In this document: piece by piece, positions 21,187-30,843 of the stretch
Position numbering within the stretch: the stretch's first letter is position 1
Layout: each line of letters starts with the position of its first letter
From: an uncultured Alphaproteobacteria bacterium
Lineage (GTDB): Bacteria; Pseudomonadota; Alphaproteobacteria; RUG11792
Reading direction: 5' to 3'
DNA length: 64,000 nt
Assembly (NCBI GenBank): GCA_910588255.1
Contig: CAJUOM010000002.1
Location: forward strand, 15,470 to 79,469
Notes under the pieces: generated by a model
Seen by the model: only the letters and a program-made list of their open reading frames with translations
Databases searched by the model: none
What the model was told of the DNA's origin: nothing
Position numbers and translations under genes: made by a program

Positions 21187-21227
21187 AAAAAGAAAAAGCT
21201 ATTTTCAAATTAGTGTCACAAAGCATC

Positions 21228-21266
21228 ATTTCTAGATCATCAACATACCGGAGATGATCTAGAAAT
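21228..21266 (+). terminator. 13-bp perfect inverted repeat downstream of the pfk pseudogene (possible terminator)
   Basis: ATTTCTAGATCAT / ATGATCTAGAAAT with a 13-nt loop. The trailing T-tract is weak. Confidence 0.35.
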
Positions 21267-21380
21267 TTACTTGTGTTATATAGTCTTTTGCTCACAAAAG
21301 TTTTCAGAAAAAGTCGAAAAATTCTCCACGTATGAAGAGTGTAACTATTAAATATAGATTATGAATACTTGAAAAACTCA

Positions 21381-21457
21381 TGGCGCGCCCTGGAGGATTC
21401 GAACCCCCGGCCCACAGCTTAGAAGGCTGTTGCTCTATCCAGCTGAGCTAAGAGCGC
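21381..21457 (-). tRNA. tRNA-Arg (TCT)
   Basis: 77 nt. The reverse complement is GCGCTCTTAGCTCAGCTGGATAGAGCAACAGCCTTCTAAGCTGTGGGCCGGGGGTTCGAATCCTCCAGGGCGCGCCA. Anticodon loop CTTCTAA. Confidence 0.9.
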
Positions 21458-21539
21458 TTATATAATTATTATACACATTTTGATCTTAAATACAAGAAAA
21501 AAGAGCCTCAAAATGAGACTCTTTAGCTTTCAGCATATT

Positions 21540-21896
21540 TTACCAACCAGCACGGGGACCATATTGTTGTTCCAATGCCTTAATAAAATCCGAAACATTA
21601 GTTGTTAATCTAGTGTCTGAGTATATTCTAGCTTTCAAAAAACCTAAAACTTCACTAACTCCGTTTTGGTAACGTTGTTGAAGTTGCGGTTGCAAAGTCT
21701 GAACTTGATGCTCTGCTAATGTTTTTGCTTGTTCCACAGCAGTAACACGCTGTTGTGCTGCTATTGCATCTTCTCCTAAATCTGCGCCTCCTATCTTTAT
21801 AGCGGCTAAACCTCTAAGCTTTGCTCGCGCATCATCTCTTTCATCTGCTAGAGTTCGAATTTGCGTTTGCAGTTGTACTGATGAATTTGCAGGTTT
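21540..21896 (-). CDS. GC-richer Ala/Gln-rich coiled-coil ORF, in frame with the upstream beta-barrel gene across a single TAA
   Basis: The frame is open from 21896 with no ATG: KPANSSVQLQTQIRTLADERDDARAKLRGLAAIKIGGADLGEDAIAAQQRVTAVEQAKTLAEHQVQ...YGPRAGW. The only candidate start is the GTG at 21737. Composition is clearly GC-richer than the surroundings. Confidence 0.3.
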   Translation of the reverse strand, partial: KPANSSVQLQTQIRTLADERDDARAKLRGLAAIKIGGADLGEDAIAAQQRVTAVEQAKTLAEHQVQTLQPQLQQRYQNGVSEVLGFLKARIYSDTRLTTNVSDFIKALEQQYGPRAGW

Positions 21897-22937
21897 TTAG
21901 GATTGCGCTGCTGACGGAATAGTTTTTGATGTAATTGTATTAGTAGAGATAGGCCTTTCCTGATGTGGAAGAGGATCAGCAGATTTTTGTGGTGCAGGCA
22001 ATGTCGATGCGGGGATAGTTGCAGACGTAGGGACCGTCATCGTTGTCGATCGCTTTTGCGCCGCAAGTTGTGCAGCATATGCTCTCGCTGCCGCCATTCT
22101 ATCTGCTGTCGTACTCGCCTCAGCTTTATCTATATAGCTTGAAAAAACAGCTAACATTGCGGTTGTTAGTAATATTTTTTCATAACTTCCTCCTGCGACA
22201 AAATTTCTTTTCAAATGTCCTGATTTTTTCGTTTTTAAATAATAATCCCCTTCAAAGCGAATGAACGTATTGGGGCATCTCTGCAAATATTTTTCAAAAC
22301 CAAATCCCAAAACAGGAGTAAATCTCGAAAGTTTCAAACTCCCTCCATGTTGAGATATCAACTTCGAACTGACATGACGAACGCCTACTCTTCCATAAAA
22401 CACAGCATTCAATTTTTGACAAATCAACCCAAACTTAACTACCAATGTCGGATTGATCCCTCGAACTTTGTGTGTTATATTTCCAAAGTTACCATCTGTT
22501 GCATTTGAACTATATACAAAAGTAGGGTACAAATCATTAGTTGAATCAACCTGAGGTGTATCATTTTTAACTTTTTTGCTATTTTTTGTCATATCCAAAG
22601 TCAAACTCAAGCCTGTGTAGATTTTGTCTTTGAAAACTTTTCCATAACCGACTGATAAATTTCCTTCAAAAAGCCTGGACTTATTCCTAGAAAATTTGTT
22701 ACTAAATGTTCGGGACAAAACCCTAGTATCAGTAGATGGATTTACATCCAATTTGTCATCATCAACGATATCATCAGCGACAGCATCAGAACTAGTCAAT
22801 CTATGACTTTCGAAGATAGGATTTGAATTGTGAGCGGATATACCAACACCGGCAGATATATTAAATCCTGAAAAATGCTCTGCAGACGCACAACTCAAAG
22901 CAGAAATGGTTAACAAACCTATAACTTTATAGTACAT
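21897..22937 (-). CDS. outer-membrane beta-barrel protein (OmpA-like/surface-antigen type) with a foreign-looking C-terminal extension
   Basis: A signal peptide (ISALSCASA) is followed by alternating beta-strand patterns ending near FIRFEGDYY...GGSYEKI. After that, from ~22165 downward, comes an Ala/Thr/Pro/Gln-rich tail encoded by GC-richer DNA. Confidence 0.5.
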   Translation of the reverse strand: MYYKVIGLLTISALSCASAEHFSGFNISAGVGISAHNSNPIFESHRLTSSDAVADDIVDDDKLDVNPSTDTRVLSRTFSNKFSRNKSRLFEGNLSVGYGKVFKDKIYTGLSLTLDMTKNSKKVKNDTPQVDSTNDLYPTFVYSSNATDGNFGNITHKVRGINPTLVVKFGLICQKLNAVFYGRVGVRHVSSKLISQHGGSLKLSRFTPVLGFGFEKYLQRCPNTFIRFEGDYYLKTKKSGHLKRNFVAGGSYEKILLTTAMLAVFSSYIDKAEASTTADRMAAARAYAAQLAAQKRSTTMTVPTSATIPASTLPAPQKSADPLPHQERPISTNTITSKTIPSAAQS

Positions 22938-22990
22938 AGTTAGTCAAAAAAAACACTTTATATATTATAATTCTACTATTTTTTTTGATT

Positions 22991-24163
22991 TCAAGCTTTA
23001 TTTGAAAAAACTGCAATAATTTTTTCAAAGACAATTGCAAAGATGCCATTCCCCAGGACATTACACATAGTTATCAATGGGTCAAATAATATATAGAGAG
23101 CAGTAACTAACGCCAACATATCAGAAGACAAACCAAGATAATTTTGCATAACAGGCAACATAACCAAGACACCTCCCCCAGGAATCGCTGCTACGGCAAA
23201 TTTTGCCAAAACAAAATGCAATGCAAAAATGAGATACTGATCAAAAGTCGGTTCCATTACACCAAAAGACTTCATGGCAGCAAGAGCGATCATTGGTATG
23301 AAAAAGCAATCCCCAACAAGATGAATATTCACTGTCGCAGGAACTATTATTCCCGCATTGTTTTTGTCTTTCAAATTTTTCTCTGCAGCTTTTATTGAAA
23401 GAGGCAATGCCGCAGCGCTTGACATCGCTCCAAATGCAGTTATTACAGCCGGTGAAATATTCTTTAGATAAAAACCCAGTTTGGAAAAATTAAATTTAGA
23501 AACCAATATGAATTCTATAAATGCCGTTCCATAAGCAGAAATTAAAAATATGATTAATACAGGAAAATACTGTCTGAAAATTGATTGCAAGATCCCATCA
23601 TGTTCCAATTTCAAAATAGTTCCCATAACAAAAAAAGGCATCACGGGTATAAGAAATTTGAAAAATATCTTAGTAAATCTGTCAAAATACTCAGAAATTT
23701 TCGATGTTAAATTAGGTGCAAATATACCAGAAATTAATCCAGATAAAACCCCAAACAAAAGAGAAAAATCATTTGAAATTATATTTTCTAATTCTAACAC
23801 AAAACACGGTTTCAAATCCATCCCAGCTTTACTTTTCAATGTATTTAAATCGAAATTTAATAAATTAACAGAGGAAAGATAAGAAAGCATAGTATTCAAA
23901 AAATTCGAACAACAAATAAGTGAAATTATTATCGCTATATAACGAAAAGCTCTTGCTCCTAGCTTTGAAATTGAAGAAAAAACCAAGAAAAATATAATAA
24001 ATGGCAAACAAAAAATTAATATATTCTTAATGGATAAGCTAACTGAATACAAAAATGATTTTACGTTTATTGATATAAAATCAGCAAAAAACAAAGAAAA
24101 AAGCAATACCCCTAAAAAGATAAGAGGCATTGCAAAGCTTTTCATTTTCGAGCAAAATCCCAT
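22991..24163 (-). CDS. dicarboxylate/amino acid:cation symporter (DAACS family)
   Basis: 390 aa, multi-TM. Has the motifs MSSAAALPLS and IPGGGVLVMLPVM typical of GltP/SstT/TcyP-type carriers. Confidence 0.7.
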   Translation of the reverse strand: MGFCSKMKSFAMPLIFLGVLLFSLFFADFISINVKSFLYSVSLSIKNILIFCLPFIIFFLVFSSISKLGARAFRYIAIIISLICCSNFLNTMLSYLSSVNLLNFDLNTLKSKAGMDLKPCFVLELENIISNDFSLLFGVLSGLISGIFAPNLTSKISEYFDRFTKIFFKFLIPVMPFFVMGTILKLEHDGILQSIFRQYFPVLIIFLISAYGTAFIEFILVSKFNFSKLGFYLKNISPAVITAFGAMSSAAALPLSIKAAEKNLKDKNNAGIIVPATVNIHLVGDCFFIPMIALAAMKSFGVMEPTFDQYLIFALHFVLAKFAVAAIPGGGVLVMLPVMQNYLGLSSDMLALVTALYILFDPLITMCNVLGNGIFAIVFEKIIAVFSNKA

Positions 24164-24168
24164 ATAAA

Positions 24169-24615
24169 TTATCTCTTTGAGAATTGGAACCTTCTACGTG
24201 CTTTTCTTCTTCCGTATTTCTTTCTCTCGACAACTCTCGAATCTCGTGTCAGGAATCCCGTTTTTTTCAAAATTCCATGCAAGTCAGGTTCGAAAGCATC
24301 AAGAGCTTTGCTTATACCATGACGTATAGCCCCGGCTTGTCCGGATAAACCACCTCCAACAACCGTGCAGTAAACATCATATTGCCCTTCCCTACTTGTT
24401 ATAACAAATGGCTGGGCTATTAACATACGAAGAACTGCTCTGGCAAAATAAGTATCTTGATCCCTGCCATTAATTAAAATTTTTCCGGAACCAGGCTTTA
24501 TCCAAACTCTTGATATAGAACTCTTCCTTTTTCCCGTTGCATAAGCTCTTCCTTGAGCATCAAGTTTCTGTTCTCTTTTCACAGGCTCATTTGCGATATT
24601 AATATCTTCAATCAC
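24169..24615 (-). CDS. rpsI: 30S ribosomal protein S9
   Basis: 148 aa. Has GGG.SGQAGA.RHGI.KAL, ends in [10 protein letters not shown], and follows the rplM-rpsI order. Confidence 0.9.
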   Translation of the reverse strand: MIEDINIANEPVKREQKLDAQGRAYATGKRKSSISRVWIKPGSGKILINGRDQDTYFARAVLRMLIAQPFVITSREGQYDVYCTVVGGGLSGQAGAIRHGISKALDAFEPDLHGILKKTGFLTRDSRVVERKKYGRRKARRRFQFSKR

Positions 24616-25082
24616 GATCTAATTCTCCGACTATTCTTACTATTCAATTTAGCAACATCTAAAACTTCAGGATTTTGAGCAACATGCGGATGTTCCGCAC
24701 CTTTATAAACCTTTAACTTAGAAAGGATTTTGCGACTCAAAGGACCTTTCGACATCATTCTTCTGACAGCATTCATGACCATTCTATCAGAACGAGGTTC
24801 TTCCATTAATTGTTTCATACTACGGCTTTTTATTCCTCCCGGATATCCCGTATGCCAATAAAACATTTTATTATTTAATTTTTTCCCAGTAAATGCAACC
24901 TTATCGGCGTTTATAACAATAACATTATCTCCACAATCTGCATTTGGAGTAAAATAAGGCTTATTCTTTCCACGAAGTATATTGGCTATCACAACAGCCA
25001 TTCTTCCAAGAATCATACCTTCAGCATCAATAAGTATCCATTTTTTATCGACGTCAGAAGACCTCATAAAGGACGTACTCAT
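24612..25082 (-). CDS. rplM: 50S ribosomal protein L13
   Basis: 156 aa with [24 protein letters not shown]. Confidence 0.9.
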   Translation of the reverse strand: MSTSFMRSSDVDKKWILIDAEGMILGRMAVVIANILRGKNKPYFTPNADCGDNVIVINADKVAFTGKKLNNKMFYWHTGYPGGIKSRSMKQLMEEPRSDRMVMNAVRRMMSKGPLSRKILSKLKVYKGAEHPHVAQNPEVLDVAKLNSKNSRRIRS

Positions 25083-25183
25083 ATACTAACCTAATAACAA
25101 AATTTCTAAATAATGTTATCAAATAACTTCAAATCTGTCAACGGTATTATGCTAAAAACACAAAAAACAATCATAATATGGAG

Positions 25184-25213
25184 TTGACTAAGGAACTTTT
25201 CTCGTAGTACTAT
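25184..25213 (+). promoter_or_regulatory. candidate sigma70 promoter upstream of tdk
   Basis: TTGACT (25184-25189), 18-nt spacer, TACTAT (25208-25213). Confidence 0.3.
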
Positions 25214-25245
25214 AGATTATGCATAGATAGATTGGACAATTTTTA

Positions 25246-25986
25246 ATGAAAAAATATTTATCATTAATATTCTCAATTTTTTTCTTTTCAAAAATCTCAA
25301 CGGCTTCTCTTCCGGATATGGGTATTGACTATGGTATTATAAGAGCAATAAATGAGAATAAAATGACTTATTTTTATGGAATTATGTATTCCGGAAAAAC
25401 CTGCTTGTTAATGAAAACTTATGAAAAATTAGCTTCTGATGATTCAAATGTAGTTTTAGCATTCGCCCCTAAACGGGATACAATATCTTTAGAAGGAGAA
25501 ATAAAATCAAGAGATATACTCGGTTCATTATCCGAATTTCCAATATCAGATGGAGAGAATATTTGCCATATTATACAAGAGTACTTAAACACAAATCTCG
25601 AAAAACACATGTATATATTTTTTGATGAAGCACAATTTATTTCAGCAGATATTCTTAATAATCTTTGGACTTTTATTGGTTCTTTAGAAAATGTTAACAT
25701 ATGTTTTTTTGGATTGAAAGTTGATGTGTTTGACAATTTATTTTCTGGAAGTAAGTGGTTTTATACAAAACAAACTGATCCTCATATAGCCTTTTTACCT
25801 ATCAAATCAAGAGCTGTATGCCCTTGTGGAAATAAAGCAGAATATTCTATAAGACTTGATTCAGCAGGTAACGTTGTTCTGAATGGAGAGCAGACCGTTT
25901 TAGAGGGAAACGCAAGATATGATGTTCGATGTTCGAAACATCGATATAACGGCGAGAATTGGAAACAGAAAAATTTGAATTTATAA
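25246..25986 (+). CDS. tdk: thymidine kinase (alternative start at 25363)
   Basis: P-loop GIMYSGKT, FDEAQF, and the Zn-ribbon C.CG...C..H. It aligns with type II Tdk from MTYFYG onward. The first 39 codons are a hydrophobic extension that may not be translated. Confidence 0.75.
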   Translation: MKKYLSLIFSIFFFSKISTASLPDMGIDYGIIRAINENKMTYFYGIMYSGKTCLLMKTYEKLASDDSNVVLAFAPKRDTISLEGEIKSRDILGSLSEFPISDGENICHIIQEYLNTNLEKHMYIFFDEAQFISADILNNLWTFIGSLENVNICFFGLKVDVFDNLFSGSKWFYTKQTDPHIAFLPIKSRAVCPCGNKAEYSIRLDSAGNVVLNGEQTVLEGNARYDVRCSKHRYNGENWKQKNLNL

Positions 25987-26048
25987 ATTGAAAAACACTG
26001 AGTAGCATTGTATCATATAAGTATATTGTCTTTGTATATGGCGATGTT

Positions 26049-27119
26049 GTGAAATTGCTTTCCGCAAAATATTGTTTAATACGTGTTTCTATTTTTTTAT
26101 CATTTATATTCTTGCTAATTTCCAATCTTTGTGATATTTTAAAAAATGCTTTTTGCTATAACATTTACCTTAATTCTATTATAATATCTGCTTTTTTGTT
26201 TGGAATTATCCTTGTTTATCACAGAATTGTCTCATTTAATAATGAATTTGAAAAATTGTCACAAAAACATCCTATTTCAAAAAAAGCTAATCTAATATCT
26301 CCGATTTATATTTATCTCAATAATGGAAAAATTATTCATCAAGACAAGATACAGATCATACTTTCTGCAATTGAAAAGAAAACAGACGAATATTGCAGTT
26401 TTTCAAGATATATTTCAGGCTCTTTGATATTCCTCGGTCTTCTAGGAACTTTTTGGGGATTGTCGCATACGATAGGAAATGTTGCTAATATTATAGATAA
26501 TCTCGGAATTGATGCAATGGATGCAGCAGAATCATTCTTGAAATTAAAAGAAAGTTTAAAAATACCTCTTTCCGGAATGGGAACAGCATTTGGATGCTCT
26601 CTTTTTGGTTTGTCAGGATCTCTGATTTTAGGATTTTTAAATATTAATCAAAAAAAAGTTGCTGATGATTTTTTGGATAAAATAGAAGAATATTTAGTTA
26701 AAAACTCCATAACTTTCAACTCTAGAGAACAGGATTTAAGTTATCATGGATCTGCTTTCTCTATGGCACTTCTCGAAAAAACTATAGAAACAATTTATGT
26801 TTTCCAAAATCAATTAAAAGAATTTGAAGCTAATCGAAATTCAATTTTAGATATCCAAAGAGACTTCTCAGGTAAATTAACCCAATTGGTTGATGCCGTC
26901 TCAAAACATCAGGAAATTGTAAAAGCTATTAGGGAAAATCAATTAGAATTGCAAAAAAACAACGTGACTTCAGATGTTGTTTCTAAACTAACTGAGATAG
27001 AAAATTCTTTAAACAATATGATTAAAAATGGATTTATGAACAGAGAATATGTTGTCGATAACCTTGGAAAAGAAATAAGATTGGTATCAAAAACTCTATC
27101 TTCACTAGTACGAGATTAA
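26049..27119 (+). CDS. MotA/TolQ/ExbB-like proton-channel family protein with a C-terminal coiled-coil tail
   Basis: 356 aa. Several TM segments, then [11 protein letters not shown] ... [21 protein letters not shown] (the MotA_ExbB signature), then a ~130-aa helical tail. There is no MotB/ExbD/TolR partner next to it. Confidence 0.5.
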   Translation: MKLLSAKYCLIRVSIFLSFIFLLISNLCDILKNAFCYNIYLNSIIISAFLFGIILVYHRIVSFNNEFEKLSQKHPISKKANLISPIYIYLNNGKIIHQDKIQIILSAIEKKTDEYCSFSRYISGSLIFLGLLGTFWGLSHTIGNVANIIDNLGIDAMDAAESFLKLKESLKIPLSGMGTAFGCSLFGLSGSLILGFLNINQKKVADDFLDKIEEYLVKNSITFNSREQDLSYHGSAFSMALLEKTIETIYVFQNQLKEFEANRNSILDIQRDFSGKLTQLVDAVSKHQEIVKAIRENQLELQKNNVTSDVVSKLTEIENSLNNMIKNGFMNREYVVDNLGKEIRLVSKTLSSLVRD

Positions 27120-27121
27120 AT

Positions 27122-28195
27122 ATGAATGAACTTCAAGAAAAATTAAAATCTATTCTGGATAAATATGAAAATGTCAAAGAAACTTTGAATTCTCAAAAAG
27201 AATTTGATCAAAAGGAATTCGTTAAATTATCAAAGGAATTTGCAGAACTTTCAGACTTAGCAAAGGAAATAAAGTTATTTTTTGCAAAAACAAAGGAACT
27301 AGAAGAAACTCTTGAAATAGCTGATTCATCTGAAGATAAAGACCTCAAAATTATGGCGGAAGAAGAAATACCTGAATTGAAAAAAGAACTTGAAAAAATT
27401 GAAAATAATATAAAAATACTCCTTCTTCCAAAAGATATAGATGATGAGAAAGGTGCTATATTGGAAGTTCGAGCAGGAACAGGGGGCGATGAAGCTGGAC
27501 TTTTTGCTGCTGATTTATTCAAAATGTATGAACTTTATGCAGTTATTCACGGATGGAAATTTGAAGTATTAGAATTATCAGGAACAGGGATCGGATCCAT
27601 AAAAGAAGCAAGTGCGAGTATATCAGGGAAAGGAGTCTTCGCTCGCTTAAAATTCGAATCAGGTGTTCATAGAGTTCAAAGAGTCCCGGAAACAGAAGCG
27701 TCAGGGCGTATACACACATCTGCAGCAACTGTTGCTGTTCTTCCTGAAGCTGAAGAAGTTGATATTCAAATAAATGAAAATGATCTTCAAATTGATACTT
27801 ATCGAGCATCAGGAGCAGGAGGTCAACACGTGAACAAAACGGACAGTGCTGTGAGAATTACTCATATTCCGACAGGTACTGTTGTTGCAGTCCAAGATGA
27901 ACGATCTCAACATAAAAATAAAGCGAAAGCAATGAAAATTCTTCGTTCAAAAATTTATGAAAATGAGAAGCAAAAACAAGAATCTTCAAGATCTGAAAAC
28001 CGAAAAATTCAAGTCGGATCAGGAGATAGATCAGAACGTATTAGAACATATAATTTTCCGCAAGGAAGAGTTTCAGATCACAGAGTAAACTTAACTTTAT
28101 ATAAAATAGATAAAATTATGGATGGTTCTGCTCTCGATGAAATAATCGATAAATTAATAGAATTTGATCAGGCAGAAAAACTAAAAAACAATTAA
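27122..28195 (+). CDS. prfA: peptide chain release factor 1
   Basis: 357 aa with the GGQ motif ([23 protein letters not shown]) and a PxT-type tripeptide (PET). Confidence 0.9.
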   Translation: MNELQEKLKSILDKYENVKETLNSQKEFDQKEFVKLSKEFAELSDLAKEIKLFFAKTKELEETLEIADSSEDKDLKIMAEEEIPELKKELEKIENNIKILLLPKDIDDEKGAILEVRAGTGGDEAGLFAADLFKMYELYAVIHGWKFEVLELSGTGIGSIKEASASISGKGVFARLKFESGVHRVQRVPETEASGRIHTSAATVAVLPEAEEVDIQINENDLQIDTYRASGAGGQHVNKTDSAVRITHIPTGTVVAVQDERSQHKNKAKAMKILRSKIYENEKQKQESSRSENRKIQVGSGDRSERIRTYNFPQGRVSDHRVNLTLYKIDKIMDGSALDEIIDKLIEFDQAEKLKNN

Positions 28196-28199
28196 AATT

Positions 28200-28973
28200 A
28201 TGGTTAAGAAACGTATACAACATAAGAAAAAACATTCGAGATATTTTGTAAAATATCTTTTATTGCTTCTCATCGTAGGTGGCGGGATTTATTCTTTTTC
28301 TAATTATATATATAGTTTTTTTACTTTTATCCATAGTTCCATACCTCAAACTATGGGTTTTTCAATTGATCATATAAATATTTCTGGAGCGAATAAAAAA
28401 ACTCAAAGATTGATTTTTGAAAACATAGGAATATCAAAAGGAGAGTGTATACTTAAATTATCAACTCAGAAAATTTTTTCTAATATTTCCAAAATCAATT
28501 GGGTAAAATCTGTAGTTGTTCAAAAAATTCTCCCAAATAGTATTAATATAAAAATAAAAGAAAGAACACCAATTGCTATATTTCAAAATGGGTCAGGAGC
28601 AATTCTGATAGATAAAAGTGGAAATCTCATTGAAAAAATAAAAACTAGACTCCCTAATATTCCTATAATCTCTGGAGGAAACGCAAACTTCAACGTGAAA
28701 TATATTTTAGATCTTATTTCTCAATACAAAGATTTGCGAGATAACCTTGATTCATTGACTTATATTCGAGAAAGGCGTTGGAATATCATTCTTTCAGGAA
28801 TAAAAGTCTTGCTTCCTGAAACAGAAATAGAGAAAGCCTTAGAAATTTTATCAACTATACTGAAAACAGGAAAAATAAATAAAAATACAGTCAGTAAAAT
28901 TGACTTAAGAACACCAGAAAATGTTATATTCAGTAAGTTAAAACTAACTAACAGAGGCTCTTTAATTTTATAA
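28200..28973 (+). CDS. ftsQ: cell division protein FtsQ
   Basis: 257 aa. One N-terminal TM segment, a POTRA-like region (I.I.G....T......) and an FtsQ-type C-domain (V.KILPN.I.I.I.ER.PIA). Confidence 0.7.
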   Translation: MVKKRIQHKKKHSRYFVKYLLLLLIVGGGIYSFSNYIYSFFTFIHSSIPQTMGFSIDHINISGANKKTQRLIFENIGISKGECILKLSTQKIFSNISKINWVKSVVVQKILPNSINIKIKERTPIAIFQNGSGAILIDKSGNLIEKIKTRLPNIPIISGGNANFNVKYILDLISQYKDLRDNLDSLTYIRERRWNIILSGIKVLLPETEIEKALEILSTILKTGKINKNTVSKIDLRTPENVIFSKLKLTNRGSLIL

Positions 28974-29055
28974 TTTTTATGTCTACCGAAAGCACTATAG
29001 AATTCCTGTGGCGATGATTTATACATTTTTGAGAATTCAAGCTTTTTGAAGGCAC

Positions 29056-29095
29056 CCGTGAGTATGGTATAATATCAAGCGTACCATACTCACGG
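29056..29095. repeat. GC-rich hairpin, type 2 (14-bp stem CCGTGAGTATGGTA / TACCATACTCACGG)
   Basis: Same stem core as 11561-11608, with a different loop. Confidence 0.8.
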
Positions 29096-29107
29096 ATACC
29101 AAACATT

Positions 29108-29752
29108 TCATTCTAGATCATATGCTAAGGCCCAGCTTATAATATTCCTGTAATCTCGGATAGGATAATAACCTGGCATAAATTCATTAAATCTTTCAGC
29201 CAAAAAATTCATTAGGAAAAATATTTTTTCGATTTTTTTATCATCATAACCTTTTGCTTTTAATGAAGTTTTTATTTTTTCCTGATCTTCAAAAAGTTCA
29301 GATTCATTACCTTGTATCTGATCAACAGGAATAAGTATTTCATTTATTTCTAAAAACTTTTTCAAAAAGAACTTAGATAAAAAATTTATTCTCATCGGAA
29401 TATAATCTGATAAATCCCATTTGCTAGAATCTTCACTATCAGCAAAAGATTTATATTCATCAATTAGATTCCTTAAAGAATGAGAATTTCGTTTTTTGCA
29501 AAATTCAGTAAAACGAGAGTTTTCATCATCTTCTTCATAAGAGAAATGCTTATTATTAAAAGCATCCTTTTCATCTTCAGTCAAAGGAGTGTTTATTTTT
29601 TCCTCTACATCATATTTCAAATCATCAAGATCTGTATTAAAGAAAGTAGGATTCGAAGCTGTATAAAGCAAAATATTTTCAGCTAATGAAGTTTCACATA
29701 TAGTTATACAATTTAACAAAAGCATAACTGGTAATAATTTTAAGATTTTCAT
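29108..29752 (-). CDS. hypothetical secreted protein (214 aa)
   Basis: N-terminal signal peptide (LLLNCITICETSLA), then an acidic Asp/Glu-rich sequence. No recognisable domain. Confidence 0.5.
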   Translation of the reverse strand: MKILKLLPVMLLLNCITICETSLAENILLYTASNPTFFNTDLDDLKYDVEEKINTPLTEDEKDAFNNKHFSYEEDDENSRFTEFCKKRNSHSLRNLIDEYKSFADSEDSSKWDLSDYIPMRINFLSKFFLKKFLEINEILIPVDQIQGNESELFEDQEKIKTSLKAKGYDDKKIEKIFFLMNFLAERFNEFMPGYYPIRDYRNIISWALAYDLE

Positions 29753-29850
29753 AAATCTAACAATATATTTATTATATATTGTGTATATGTGATTGTCAAT
29801 ATTTTTGAGAAATATAATTACAAAACAATCCTATGCGTTCTTAATTTCAG

Positions 29851-29905
29851 AATATACAACTTGATTCATACCTGTCAAACTCTAAAAAGTCCCATAAAAT
29901 TTTAG
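29851..29905 (-). promoter_or_regulatory. repeat-borne promoter module (motif + TTGACA-16 nt-TATATT, minus strand) driving the 214-aa ORF
   Basis: The -35 (tgtcaa) is at 29873-29878 and the -10 (aatata) at 29851-29856. The ORF start at 29752 is about 90 nt downstream. Confidence 0.5.
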
Positions 29906-29983
29906 GAATTTTTATACGCTTAAAAAATCACTTATCAATCTAAATAAGCCTCTATTACTGGAATTTTAAAAAATCATGTTATT

Positions 29984-30829
29984 ATGTTAATATATATTAA
30001 GATTGAAAAATGTTTGTTAATAGTTATGTTGGTTTGGTCTATTTCTCCTATTGCATTTACAATAGGAAATTGGGGAATATATTGGTATGGAATTATATAT
30101 GCAACAGCATTATTTTCATCATGGGCAATAGCAACTTGGATTTTGAGAAACTTACGAACTAACGGATTTTATGTCCTTTCAAAAGAAAAATTCGACAGCT
30201 TCATGTTTTGGGCTATTATTTACATAATAATTGGGGCAAGGCTAGGACATGTTTTGTTTTTCGATTTGGAGTATTATATTGCACATCCTTTAGAAATATT
30301 TATGTTGAGAAATGGAGGACTTTCCTTCCATGGATCAGTTATAGCCCTTGCAATTTACACTTACCTTTTCATGAGAAAACACAAATTTTCATGGAAATTG
30401 TTTGCGGATATATTCTCTATAGCAGGAGCTTTTGGAATTGGAATCGGAAGAATAGCAAATTTTATGAATCAAGAATTATATGGAAAAATATCAACAAATA
30501 ATTTTTCTGTTATATTCTCTATGGTAGATCACATGCCTAGATATCCTACACAACTTTTTGAGTCATTTTTTGAAGGTTTTTTTAATTTCTTAATATTATT
30601 TGTAGTATTCAAAACAAAGGGTTTGAAATCAATAGGAACAGGAGTAATCACAGCTTTGTTTTGTATCATCTACTCATCTGCAAGATTTGCCATAGAATTC
30701 TATAAAGATGTTGAAACCTACACATACTTTGACTCAATAACATTAACTGTTGGCCAAATTTTATCTATCGCCCTATTCTTTTTTGGTATTTTCATGCTAT
30801 ACTTAAAAGATAACAACAAGCTTTCTTAA
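29984..30829 (+). CDS. lgt: prolipoprotein diacylglyceryl transferase (start possibly at 30026)
   Basis: Lgt motifs are present: I.WYGIIYA, GARLGHV, GGLSFHG, GRIANFMNQELYG. Confidence 0.85.
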   Translation: MLIYIKIEKCLLIVMLVWSISPIAFTIGNWGIYWYGIIYATALFSSWAIATWILRNLRTNGFYVLSKEKFDSFMFWAIIYIIIGARLGHVLFFDLEYYIAHPLEIFMLRNGGLSFHGSVIALAIYTYLFMRKHKFSWKLFADIFSIAGAFGIGIGRIANFMNQELYGKISTNNFSVIFSMVDHMPRYPTQLFESFFEGFFNFLILFVVFKTKGLKSIGTGVITALFCIIYSSARFAIEFYKDVETYTYFDSITLTVGQILSIALFFFGIFMLYLKDNNKLS

Positions 30830-30843
30830 AATATAGCAAAAAA

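Larger units (their letters stand above)
28979..29914 (-). repeat. repeat-family copy framing a 214-aa secreted ORF (truncated A module, type-2 hairpin, ORF, promoter module)
   Basis: A' runs from 28979 (ATGTCTACCGAAAGCACTATAG...). The hairpin is at 29056-29095, the ORF at 29108-29752 and the 24-nt motif at 29882-29905. Confidence 0.6.

Noticed and set aside
25246-25362. Signal-peptide-like N-termini on thymidine kinase and on the flavodoxin-like protein (16526-16642) as evidence for exported enzymes.
   Set aside because: Both have an in-frame Met exactly where the conserved domain begins (25363 and 16643). The hydrophobic extensions may simply be untranslated upstream sequence. I kept them only as alternative starts.
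27208-27522. Long antisense or alternate-frame ORFs inside well-supported genes (for example 2667-2903, 27208-27522, 37456-37698, 48726-49034, 30208-30501, 23550-23882, 53029-53319).
   Set aside because: Each lies wholly within a conserved gene on the other strand or in another frame. The translations are low-complexity, and nothing supports them as genes.
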